A stretch of 34,638 nucleotides of DNA from Clostridium sp. (GTDB taxonomy: Bacteria; Bacillota; Clostridia; Clostridiales; Clostridiaceae). The stretch covers positions 1 through 34,638 of the forward strand of contig JBJEJM010000011.1 in the NCBI GenBank assembly GCA_051878075.1. Reading direction: 5' to 3'. Positions 19,180 to 27,436 of the stretch are shown here, in pieces (the first letter of the stretch is position 1; each line of letters opens with the position of its first letter). Under the pieces are notes generated by a model. It was not told where the DNA came from. It made no database searches and saw only the letters and a list, made by a program, of their open reading frames with translations. A program made the position numbers and the translations under genes.

Positions 19180-20430
19180 TTAATTTTTCTTTTTCCATAA
19201 AGGATATAAGAATTCATCTACTATATCATGTATTATTACTATTCCTACAAGTTTATCATTTTCATCTACAACAGGTGTTGAAAGCAGATCATATTTAGCA
19301 GTCTTTTCAACTGCCTCACTTATATCATCATCATGTTTTATACGTGATACTGTTGTATCCATTATTTCCTTTATTTTTGTTTCTGGTGGATATAATATTA
19401 AATCCTTTATTGGCACTACACCCTGAATCTTTTCCTCTTTATCTGTAATATATATATAATACATTACTTCTTCATCAGGCTTCATTTCTCTAAGAATTTC
19501 TATTGCGTCCCCTATAGTTATATCGAGATTTACAGAAATAAATTCCTTACTCATAATACTACCAACTTTTTCGTCTTCATATTTTAAAAGTTCTTTAACT
19601 TCTTCTGCATCTTCTTTTCCCAGGTTTCCTAATATCTTTTCTCTTTCTTCTTCATCAAGATCATCAAGTAAGTCTGCGATTTCATCACTTGGCATGTTTT
19701 CCAATACTTCTACAGTCTTCATATCTGATAATTCTTTAATTATACTTCCTCTGTATTCCGATTCAATTTCTTCAAGTGTATCTGCTGCAAGATCTTCATC
19801 AAGAGATTCTAATACTTGTTTTCTTGAATTGGTATCCAGATTTTCAAGTATATCTGCTAAGTCAGCTGGATGCAGCTTTGATAGCTTTTTATATGGTACT
19901 GATATTTGGAGATTATTATTAACCATTTCTAATGATTCAACATCATCCCACCTTAGTACAGTTTCTTCTATATCTTTACCTATTATTTTATATAATATCT
20001 TCATCAAGCCTGCTATTTTTAATCTTCTATACTTTGCAAATGGTCCTACTTCAACAGCAATAACCCTGTATTCTCCTGCAAGCTTTGCAATTCTAAGGTC
20101 ATTAACTCGAACAACCTGTTTTCCATTAATATCAACTATTTTTTTATCTAAAAGATTTTCAGATAATAAATAGCTGTATCTCATTGGAAGGATTTCTTTG
20201 CTTCCCCTTGTTTTAATTTTTATTGAACCATTATTATTGATAAACTGAATATCTCTAAATTCATAATGAAATGTAACTCCATCTTTCTTTAATTTATATC
20301 CTATTACACGTGGATAACCATCTTCTGTAGTCACATAAACATCTTTCAATACTCCAAGGACATCACCAAATTCATCATAGACATTCCTATTTAGTATATT
20401 AGTATATAGAAACATTGATAATTCCATCAT
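19180..20430 (-). CDS. Soluble MgtE-like protein (PRC-barrel-like N-terminus, MgtE_N, tandem CBS; no transmembrane domain)
   Basis: LLDKKIVDING..VVRVND (PRC-like), LHPADLADILE and MPSDEIADLL (MgtE_N), and a CBS pair ending LVGIVIIHDIVD. The protein stops where the MgtE TM domain would begin. RBS AGGAGG. Confidence 0.88.
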   Translation of the reverse strand: MMELSMFLYTNILNRNVYDEFGDVLGVLKDVYVTTEDGYPRVIGYKLKKDGVTFHYEFRDIQFINNNGSIKIKTRGSKEILPMRYSYLLSENLLDKKIVDINGKQVVRVNDLRIAKLAGEYRVIAVEVGPFAKYRRLKIAGLMKILYKIIGKDIEETVLRWDDVESLEMVNNNLQISVPYKKLSKLHPADLADILENLDTNSRKQVLESLDEDLAADTLEEIESEYRGSIIKELSDMKTVEVLENMPSDEIADLLDDLDEEEREKILGNLGKEDAEEVKELLKYEDEKVGSIMSKEFISVNLDITIGDAIEILREMKPDEEVMYYIYITDKEEKIQGVVPIKDLILYPPETKIKEIMDTTVSRIKHDDDISEAVEKTAKYDLLSTPVVDENDKLVGIVIIHDIVDEFLYPLWKKKN

Positions 20431-20557
20431 AAAGATTCCTCCTATTTTGTTTTATAGAAAGATCTCTTTAACGATAATTATTATGATAACTAATACTACA
20501 TTATAATAACTCTAAAATAAGCAGCATTAAAAATGTTGAAAGATTTCTCTCTATAAA
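20431..20557 (-). promoter_or_regulatory. Putative translational attenuator (anti-SD / anti-anti-SD switch)
   Basis: AAAGAGAUCUUUCUA (20469-20455) can pair with UAGGAGGAAUCUUU (20444-20431, the SD). Alternatively, 20469-20451 can pair with UUUAUAGAGAGAAAUCUUU (20557-20539, 17 of 19 positions paired). Confidence 0.6.
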
Positions 20558-20606
20558 TATTTAATTTTATCGTATGATAATTAGTATTCTGAGGCCCTTC
20601 CTCCAT
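20496..20606 (-). CDS. Putative 36-aa leader peptide MEEGPQNTNYHTIKLNIYREKSFNIFNAAYFRVIIM
   Basis: RBS AGGTGGTG (20622-20615) lies 8 nt before ATG 20606, with TAG at 20498-20496. It sits between the promoter and the MgtE_N/CBS gene and is shorter than any ORF listed in the track. Confidence 0.6.
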   Translation of the reverse strand: MEEGPQNTNYHTIKLNIYREKSFNIFNAAYFRVIIM

Positions 20607-20706
20607 GCTTTTTACACCACCTATTTTATTTAATCTATATTTATAATTCATACTTTTTTTAATCAGAACCTAAACTATTAAAATTTATTCATTTAGACCC
20701 ATAATT

Positions 20707-20734
20707 ATTATATTACATAGAAATTAAAAGGCAA
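20707..20734 (-). promoter_or_regulatory. Putative sigma-A promoter of the MgtE_N/CBS leader
   Basis: TTGCCT-N16-TATAAT. The predicted start near 20700 opens with a hairpin, GGGTCTAAAT...GTTTAGGTTC. Confidence 0.6.
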
Positions 20735-20845
20735 TAAATTTCTTTACTTAAAATAAATTTTTATTAATATAATGGAACTTATTCCTATTAATTTGGTTTG
20801 TAAACTAATCCTGCATATGTTAATATACATACAACACGAACTTGA

Positions 20846-20894
20846 AATTTAGGATTTAATTTTAAACATGACTATGGTTTATAAATCCTAAATT
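20846..20894. repeat. Long inverted repeat upstream of ygiQ-family gene
   Basis: AATTTAGGATTTA / TAAATCCTAAATT outer arms with inner TAAAC/GTTTA. Confidence 0.6.
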
Positions 20895-20935
20895 ATATAT
20901 TTTAAATTTTATAAAGAATTGGAGTCATAAATATT

Positions 20936-22879
20936 ATGAAGCTTAATAAAGAATTTTTACCTATAAGCAAAGAAGATATGCGTCAAAGAGGTATAGATCA
21001 GCTTGATTTTATTATCGTTTCTGGTGATGCATATGTTGATCATCCTTCATTTGGTACTGCTATTATCGGTAGAACATTAGAAGCCCAAGGTTTTTCTGTT
21101 GGTATTATTGCTCAGCCTGATTGGCATAACTGTGAAGATTTTAAAAGACTTGGCAGACCTAAGTATGGATTCCTTGTTAATTCAGGCAACATAGATTCTA
21201 TGGTTAATCATTATACTGCCGCTAAAAGAATAAGACATGAAGACTTATACTCACCTGGCGGTGAATCTGGTCATAGACCTGACAGAGCTGTAATTGTTTA
21301 TTGTAATAGAATAAGAGAAGCCTATAAAGATGTTGCAATTGCAATTGGAGGTATCGAAGCCAGCCTTAGAAGATTTGCTCATTATGACTATTGGGATAAT
21401 AAAGTACGAAGAAGTATCCTTGTAGATTCAAAAGCAGATTTATTAATGTATGGAATGGGTGAAAAAACTGTTGTTCAAATAGCCGATTTATTAAGGTATG
21501 GAGCTAATATAAAAAATATTACTAATGTAAGAGGAACCTGCTACATGACTAATGATATATCAAATATCAAAGATGCAGTACATGTACCCTCTTTTGAAGA
21601 AGTTTCTACAGATAAAAAGGCATATGGTGAAGCTTATAAATTAGAATATTATGAGCAGGATTCAATCATAGGAAAAACTATAATCCAAAAACATGGTGAC
21701 AGATATCTTGTTCAAAACTCTCCTCAAGAAAATATGACTCAGGAGGAAATGGATATTACATATAATCTTCCTTATACAAGAACATATCACCCAATATATG
21801 AAGCAAAAGGCGGTATTCCTGCTATCAAAGAAGTAAGATTTTCAATAACAAGCCATAGAGGATGTTTTGGATCTTGTTCATTCTGTGCATTAACATTCCA
21901 CCAAGGAAGAGTTATTCAAAACAGAAGCCAGGAATCTATAATTGATGAAGCTAAATTACTTACTACATTACCTGACTTTAAGGGATATATACACGATATA
22001 GGGGGACCTACTGCTGATTTCAGACATAGAGCATGCAAAAAGCAGGAAGTATATGGAACATGTAAAACTAAACAGTGCATGTTTCCTAAACCTTGTAATA
22101 ACTTAATTATAGACCATACGGAATATTTATCTCTTTTAAAGAAAGTAAGAAAACTGCCTGGAATAAAGAAAGTTTTCATACGTTCAGGTATAAGATATGA
22201 TTATTTAATTCATGATCCTAATGAATCATTTTTCAGGGAATTATGTGAACATCATATAAGCGGACAGCTTAAAGTTGCTCCTGAACATGTTGTTCCTAGA
22301 GTATTAAATCAAATGGGTAAACCAACAAGAGAAGTATATGATAAATTTGTAGCTAAATACTTTCAAATAAATAACAAGCTTGGTAAGAAACAATTTCTTG
22401 TTCCTTATCTTATGTCTTCTCACCCTGGCTCAGATTTAAATGCAGCTATAGAACTTGCTCAATACGTAAAGAAAATGGGATACACTCCTGAACAGGTTCA
22501 GGATTTCTATCCTACTCCTGGAAGTTTATCTACAACTATTTATTATACAGGATATAATCCAATTACAGGAGAAAAAGTATATACGCCTAAGACTCAGGAA
22601 GAAAAAGATATGCAGAGAGCATTAATACAATTTGCAGTACCTAAAAATTATCAAAAAGTAAAGAAAGCATTAATAAAAGCTCATAGAGAAGATCTAATTG
22701 GTAACGGAAAGGATTGTTTAATAGGATTTGCTCCTAAAAAAACAGGATATCAGGGTAAAAACAACAAGAATTCTAATGCTAAAAAAGATAATTCTAAAAA
22801 GTCACACTCTGATAAGAAATCATCAAAAACTAATAGCAGAACTTCTAAAAGATCATCTGCTAAAAAAAGAGTTCATTAA
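20936..22879 (+). CDS. YgiQ family (UPF0313) radical SAM protein
   Basis: [20 protein letters not shown], CxxxCxxC motif [14 protein letters not shown] and QVQDFYPTP; RBS GGAG; Lys/Ser-rich tail. Confidence 0.93.
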   Translation: MKLNKEFLPISKEDMRQRGIDQLDFIIVSGDAYVDHPSFGTAIIGRTLEAQGFSVGIIAQPDWHNCEDFKRLGRPKYGFLVNSGNIDSMVNHYTAAKRIRHEDLYSPGGESGHRPDRAVIVYCNRIREAYKDVAIAIGGIEASLRRFAHYDYWDNKVRRSILVDSKADLLMYGMGEKTVVQIADLLRYGANIKNITNVRGTCYMTNDISNIKDAVHVPSFEEVSTDKKAYGEAYKLEYYEQDSIIGKTIIQKHGDRYLVQNSPQENMTQEEMDITYNLPYTRTYHPIYEAKGGIPAIKEVRFSITSHRGCFGSCSFCALTFHQGRVIQNRSQESIIDEAKLLTTLPDFKGYIHDIGGPTADFRHRACKKQEVYGTCKTKQCMFPKPCNNLIIDHTEYLSLLKKVRKLPGIKKVFIRSGIRYDYLIHDPNESFFRELCEHHISGQLKVAPEHVVPRVLNQMGKPTREVYDKFVAKYFQINNKLGKKQFLVPYLMSSHPGSDLNAAIELAQYVKKMGYTPEQVQDFYPTPGSLSTTIYYTGYNPITGEKVYTPKTQEEKDMQRALIQFAVPKNYQKVKKALIKAHREDLIGNGKDCLIGFAPKKTGYQGKNNKNSNAKKDNSKKSHSDKKSSKTNSRTSKRSSAKKRVH

Positions 22880-22888
22880 TTTATAATC

Positions 22889-22922
22889 TATAAGCAGGTA
22901 GAAAATAATCTATCTGCTTATA
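22889..22922 (+). terminator. Hairpin after ygiQ-family gene (possible terminator)
   Basis: TATAAGCAGGTAGA-aaataa-TCTATCTGCTTATA; lacks a clear U-tract. Confidence 0.55.
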
Positions 22923-23003
22923 AACAATACATAGAATTATTTACTATTTGTGTTATAATAAATTTTAATTATATATTGAACTGAAATGAGGAAAGAGCTA
23001 CTT

Positions 23004-23534
23004 ATGGAAAAAGACATTTATATTATGATAAGCCAGACTAATACAGGATGTTCAAGAATACTTCAATTTTTCACTGGCGATCCATATAATCATGCTTCAA
23101 TATCACTTGATGAAAACTTAAATTCTCTATATAGTTTTGCAAGACAGAAACTATATAATCCTTTAATTGCCGGCTTTGTTAAAGAAGATATAAATAGTGG
23201 AATTTATAAAATTTATGATAATACGTTATGTGAAATATATAGATTAAAAATTACAGATGAACAATATAAAGCCTTAGAAGAATCTATTAATGAATTTAAG
23301 AATAATGAGAGTGAATATAAATATAACTTTGCTGGATTGATTGCCATACTTTTTAATATTCCTTATCATAGGCCTAAACATTATGTATGCTCTCAATTTG
23401 TTGCATATGTACTTCAGCAGTCAAATGTTATAGAATTTGACAAGCATTTTACACTTGTAAGACCATATGATTTCAAATCACTATCTGGATTGGATTTAGT
23501 TTATTCGGGTAAGTTATGTGAATACAGTGTATAA
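23004..23534 (+). CDS. Permuted papain-like (NlpC/P60 superfamily, YiiX/LRAT-type) protein
   Basis: His motif YNHASI comes before Y.YN and the Cys motif YVCSQFV (permuted order). Extended -10 TGtTATAAT at 22951-22959. Start is 23004, or alternatively 22986. Confidence 0.7.
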   Translation: MEKDIYIMISQTNTGCSRILQFFTGDPYNHASISLDENLNSLYSFARQKLYNPLIAGFVKEDINSGIYKIYDNTLCEIYRLKITDEQYKALEESINEFKNNESEYKYNFAGLIAILFNIPYHRPKHYVCSQFVAYVLQQSNVIEFDKHFTLVRPYDFKSLSGLDLVYSGKLCEYSV

Positions 23535-23548
23535 TTAATATATGGTTC

Positions 23549-23600
23549 AATAACTTAGGAATCAATGCAATTACTACATACATTCCTAAGTTATTTTATT
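23549..23600. terminator. Terminator between convergent genes
   Basis: 14-bp arms AATAACTTAGGAAT / ATTCCTAAGTTATT with a T-rich tail on the + strand. Confidence 0.75.
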
Positions 23601-24243
23601 TAATCTTTTTAAATCCGTTCAATACAAAATTTATTATTATAAGAAAAATAAGTTCTCCTATAATTGGATATGGAAATATTCTGATTCCCCCAATAATTAT
23701 CACTTTTTCAATCATGACAATCATTATTGCAGCAATTATAAACCATATTCCTTTCTTATTAGCATATTTTTTATCTAAAAGAATGACGTTTATTATAAGC
23801 ATTATCCCAAGTAATATCAATGAAAACATGGAAATTACAATTTCATTATCTATAGAAATTATAAATCCATAAATATAACTTACTTTAACTATAATTTTTG
23901 ATATATATATAATAATGGAATATATAAAAGCCACTCCTGCAAGTATAAAATAACTTCCTGTAAAGTTTAATTTTTCTGAACGTAGAAAAACATATGTTAT
24001 AGCTAATATCATAAGTGGTATTGCTATATCATCCAGATAGATAATAGATTTTAGATAATATATATATTTGCTGCTTTCTATCAAACATAATGTAATAAGC
24101 CCTATATGCCTTATTAACAGTAAAGTAATTACAACTACCAGATAAATCTTTATTTTCTTTGGTGATACTAATAAATTTCGTTTTATTGTAAAAATACATA
24201 AAAAAATTATAAGTAACAAAAATATATAGTATGCAAAATTCAA
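23596..24243 (-). CDS. Hypothetical integral membrane protein (~7 TM)
   Basis: Seven hydrophobic segments; TTG 24243 lies 9 nt behind GGAG. Confidence 0.8.
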   Translation of the reverse strand: MNFAYYIFLLLIIFLCIFTIKRNLLVSPKKIKIYLVVVITLLLIRHIGLITLCLIESSKYIYYLKSIIYLDDIAIPLMILAITYVFLRSEKLNFTGSYFILAGVAFIYSIIIYISKIIVKVSYIYGFIISIDNEIVISMFSLILLGIMLIINVILLDKKYANKKGIWFIIAAIMIVMIEKVIIIGGIRIFPYPIIGELIFLIIINFVLNGFKKIK

Positions 24244-24295
24244 TCTGTTACACTCCAATCACTATTTCTGTTACTTATATTTATTATTGTATATT

Positions 24296-25174
24296 TTATT
24301 TTATTCCTAAAACTTTTATTCCACCCTTAATACATTCAATGTTTAGTGGAAAGTCTGGTCCTTTTTCACCATCAATATCTGTGACAATATCTTCATCACA
24401 TTCAACATATAACTTATCTGTTTTAAAGTAAACAACTTTATCTGAATCTAAATGCTCACCTTTAAGAAGTTTAATAAATAAAGGAATAAGCTCTATTATA
24501 GGAACTGCTTTGAAAATTATTACATCCAGTTCTCCATCTGAAACCTCTGCTTGTGTAGCAAGATTGAAATTTCCTGCTGTCTGACCATTAAAAACCAGCA
24601 TTAAGTACATATCATCATTATATACACAATCTTTAGAAGTTAGCTTTATTTTTAATTTTCTAAAGTTAGGCAGTTCTTCAATACCTTTTAAGTAGTATGC
24701 TAATTTACCTATAGTATTTTTTAGATTTACATCTGTTTTTTGAGATACGTCAGTAAATAATCCTGTACTTGCCACATTTACAAAGTACTTATCATTTATT
24801 TTTCCTACATCTACTGCTTTAGGCTTTGAATCAAGAATCTGCTTACATGCACTTTGTATATCTGATGGCATGTGTATGAACTTTCCAAAATCATTTGCTG
24901 TTCCTACTGGAAGTATCCCTATTGGAATGTCAATGTTTCTTTCTTTCATAGCATTTACGACTGAATCTACTGTTCCATCTCCACCAGCAACTAATATATA
25001 CTCATAAGTATCATCTACTATATCTAATGCTTCACATAGATTTCTTCCTCTTTGTATCCTGTATGGTACTACTGTCAAATTCACATCCTGATGAATTCTT
25101 ATAACGCTGTCTAATTCATTTATTATATTATTTTCTCCTGAATATGGATTATATATAAATCTAACTTTCTTCAA
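24296..25174 (-). CDS. YegS/Rv2252/BmrU family lipid (diacylglycerol) kinase
   Basis: NPYSG, AGGDGT, PVGTANDF, FVNVAS.G and DIDGE motifs; TTG start with RBS GGGAGGT. Confidence 0.93.
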   Translation of the reverse strand: MKKVRFIYNPYSGENNIINELDSVIRIHQDVNLTVVPYRIQRGRNLCEALDIVDDTYEYILVAGGDGTVDSVVNAMKERNIDIPIGILPVGTANDFGKFIHMPSDIQSACKQILDSKPKAVDVGKINDKYFVNVASTGLFTDVSQKTDVNLKNTIGKLAYYLKGIEELPNFRKLKIKLTSKDCVYNDDMYLMLVFNGQTAGNFNLATQAEVSDGELDVIIFKAVPIIELIPLFIKLLKGEHLDSDKVVYFKTDKLYVECDEDIVTDIDGEKGPDFPLNIECIKGGIKVLGIK

Positions 25175-25383
25175 AATAAGACTATACCTCCCCTAAAGAT
25201 AATTCTTGTTTATTATAACCTTTAGCTATATTTTTTTCAAATAAATTACTAATTATTATGCTTCTAGTCTGTCAGTGAATTCCTTAATAAATTCTTAAAG
25301 GTTATTTTATAACTTATATTATTTCCAATTATGTGCTATAATAAGTTTTTGTAAGTATTTTTTATAATTTTAGGAGTGGTTTT

Positions 25384-25923
25384 ATGAGGAAAAGTTGTAT
25401 TCCTAATGTATTTACATTTATTAATTTATCTTGTGGAATTTTATCTATATTATCAGTAATCAACGAAAATTATACTCTAGCAAGTATTTTTATTTTATTA
25501 GCAGGCTTGGTAGATAGATATGATGGACGTGTAGCCCGTTTTTTAAATGTATCAAGTGATTTAGGCAAAGAACTGGATTCTTTAGCTGATTTAGTTTCTT
25601 TTGGTGTAGCTCCATCAATATTAATATATATGTTATTCAATCTTAAAGAACCTGGTTTTTTAAGTATAATTGGGTTTATAATTTTATTAGTTTTCCCAAT
25701 ATGTGGAGCATATAGATTAGCACGTTTTAATACTGCAGAATTTGATGGCGTATTTACAGGTATACCAATAACAATTGTTGGATGTTTCATGGCATTCTTC
25801 TCATTAATGCTAATACTATGTAAGGCAAATTTAGATAATAATTTACTTACTTACATAACCATTATACTTATGATTGTAGGTTCTTATTTAATGGTAAGTA
25901 AAATTCATTTAAAAAAGGTCTAA
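25384..25923 (+). CDS. pssA: CDP-diacylglycerol--serine O-phosphatidyltransferase
   Basis: PN..T..N, the CDP-alcohol motif D..DG..AR...G..LDSLADLVSFGVAP, RLARFN and FTGIP; RBS AGGAG; extended -10 TGcTATAAT at 25334-25342. Confidence 0.93.
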   Translation: MRKSCIPNVFTFINLSCGILSILSVINENYTLASIFILLAGLVDRYDGRVARFLNVSSDLGKELDSLADLVSFGVAPSILIYMLFNLKEPGFLSIIGFIILLVFPICGAYRLARFNTAEFDGVFTGIPITIVGCFMAFFSLMLILCKANLDNNLLTYITIILMIVGSYLMVSKIHLKKV

Positions 25924-25928
25924 CTGAT

Positions 25929-25966
25929 AATCAAAGCTTTGATTAAAAAAATCAAAGCTTTTTATT
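25929..25966. terminator. Terminator between convergent pssA and hypothetical gene
   Basis: AAAGCTTTGATT / AATCAAAGCTTT arms followed by T-rich sequence. It also contains the 16-bp palindrome AATCAAAGCTTTGATT. Confidence 0.75.
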
Positions 25967-26328
25967 TATTCATCTTCGTCGTCTTCTTCAGACCTGCCAG
26001 TATTCTGAAAATTGAGCTCATCATCTATCTCTGTATATATCTTGCTTTTTGCCACACTTAAAGACATATATTCATTTTTTATCTTGCAATATTTTAAATA
26101 TCCTCCCTCACATTTGTCTAATGCTTCAACTAAATTGTCTATTAATCCTCCTACTTCTTCAACTCTTTCTAATGCTTTTTTTACTTCACTTTTCTTAGCA
26201 AGATTCACATTATATAATTCTGATGCACCTGCAATAAGAAGTCTATATGAATCAACATAGCTTTTTAACAGCATGCTTAGATTCTGTATATCACTATAAT
26301 GATTTTTAGCAAATTCATCATATTTCAT
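25966..26328 (-). CDS. Hypothetical helical protein with acidic tail
   Basis: 120-aa ORF with RBS AAGGGA, predicted coiled/helical pattern, ending at a terminator. Confidence 0.8.
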   Translation of the reverse strand: MKYDEFAKNHYSDIQNLSMLLKSYVDSYRLLIAGASELYNVNLAKKSEVKKALERVEEVGGLIDNLVEALDKCEGGYLKYCKIKNEYMSLSVAKSKIYTEIDDELNFQNTGRSEEDDEDE

Positions 26329-26395
26329 AATTCTATTGTTCCCTTTTATTTTATTGATCCTATTATTAATATATTAAATTTAACTTTATACATGA

Positions 26396-26713
26396 TTAAA
26401 TTTTTTCTGTTTCGCTATATGCATATTCTGTATCAATTTCATTCAGTATATTACCATAAATCACTTTTTGTGCAGATTCTCCTTCCTGATTCCAGTCCAT
26501 AACGAGTTTTTTTTGTAATTTCTCATAATATTTTTCTTCACAATCATCCCGAAATTTTCCTTTATCATCTTTTCTTAATTCTTCTTTAATTTTTTCTACA
26601 TTATATTTTTGTTTATTATTATAATTAGTGTATATTGGTTTATGTTTTTTATCTATAATGTTATCAGTGAATATAACGGGAACTATAAAATTATCTGGAT
26701 AAACATATAACAT
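26396..26713 (-). CDS. Hypothetical protein
   Basis: 105-aa ORF with RBS AGGGGA, 11 bp after the rubrerythrin stop. Confidence 0.7.
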   Translation of the reverse strand: MLYVYPDNFIVPVIFTDNIIDKKHKPIYTNYNNKQKYNVEKIKEELRKDDKGKFRDDCEEKYYEKLQKKLVMDWNQEGESAQKVIYGNILNEIDTEYAYSETEKI

Positions 26714-26724
26714 GCTCTTTCCCC

Positions 26725-27267
26725 CTACTTGTAAGCCTTAGAACATAGATTTTTAAAATATGATTGAGGATATCTGCATAATGGACATCTTTCAGGTGCT
26801 TCATAGCCTTCATGTATATATCCACAATTCAAGCATATCCACAATGTTTTTTTGTCATCCTTAAATATATTCTTATCTTTTAACTTTTTAGCTAAATCTA
26901 AATATCTTTCTTTGTGGTGTTCCTCAACTTCTTGAAGCTCTTTATAAAAATCTGCTATTTCTTCAAATCCCTCTTCTCTTGCAACATTTTCAAATTCCTT
27001 GTAAATTACGTTTGCTTCTTCTGATTCCCCAACAGCTGCTTCTATCAGATTATTCTTTGTACAGTTAATTCTATCTAAATATCTTTTATAAGCTTCTCTA
27101 GCATGTGCATATTCATTTTTTGCTGTTTCATCAAATACTTCTGCAATCCACATATATCCATCACATCTAGCTCTCTCAGCATATAAATTATATTTAGTTC
27201 TGGCCCTGCATTCACCAGCAAATGTCTTAAATAAATTTTTTTCTGTTTTGCTTCCTTTTAAATTCAT
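26725..27267 (-). CDS. rbr: Rubrerythrin family protein
   Basis: MNLKGSKTEKNL..FAGE, ExxH motifs (EYAH, EEHH) and C-terminal rubredoxin-like CLNC...CPLC; start ATG 27267 behind GGAG. Confidence 0.92.
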   Translation of the reverse strand: MNLKGSKTEKNLFKTFAGECRARTKYNLYAERARCDGYMWIAEVFDETAKNEYAHAREAYKRYLDRINCTKNNLIEAAVGESEEANVIYKEFENVAREEGFEEIADFYKELQEVEEHHKERYLDLAKKLKDKNIFKDDKKTLWICLNCGYIHEGYEAPERCPLCRYPQSYFKNLCSKAYK

Positions 27268-27344
27268 TTCAAGTCTCCAAATATATTTTTCCATATATTC
27301 ATATTATTCTTTACTCACTTTTTAGTTACAAAACACTATTATTC

Positions 27345-27387
27345 AATAAAAATGGGAATTCAAATTTTCTCTTTGAACTCCCATTTT
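27345..27387 (-). terminator. Terminator after spoVR
   Basis: AAAATGGGAATTCAAA / TTTGAACTCCCATTTT arms (G-U pair on the minus strand) with a T tail. Confidence 0.8.
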
Positions 27388-27436
27388 AGATTTATTTAAT
27401 AAAAGACAATATATCTTTTTATACATTATTTCTTAA

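Noticed and set aside
19170-19200. Antisense promoter from a perfect TTGACA on the + strand
   Set aside because: No acceptable -10 at 16-18 bp; the hexamer is explained as a terminator arm.
20431-20700. M-box (ykoK) Mg2+ riboswitch upstream of the MgtE-like gene
   Set aside because: I could not find the conserved M-box sequence blocks or a U-tailed terminator in the leader; a cmscan run would settle it.
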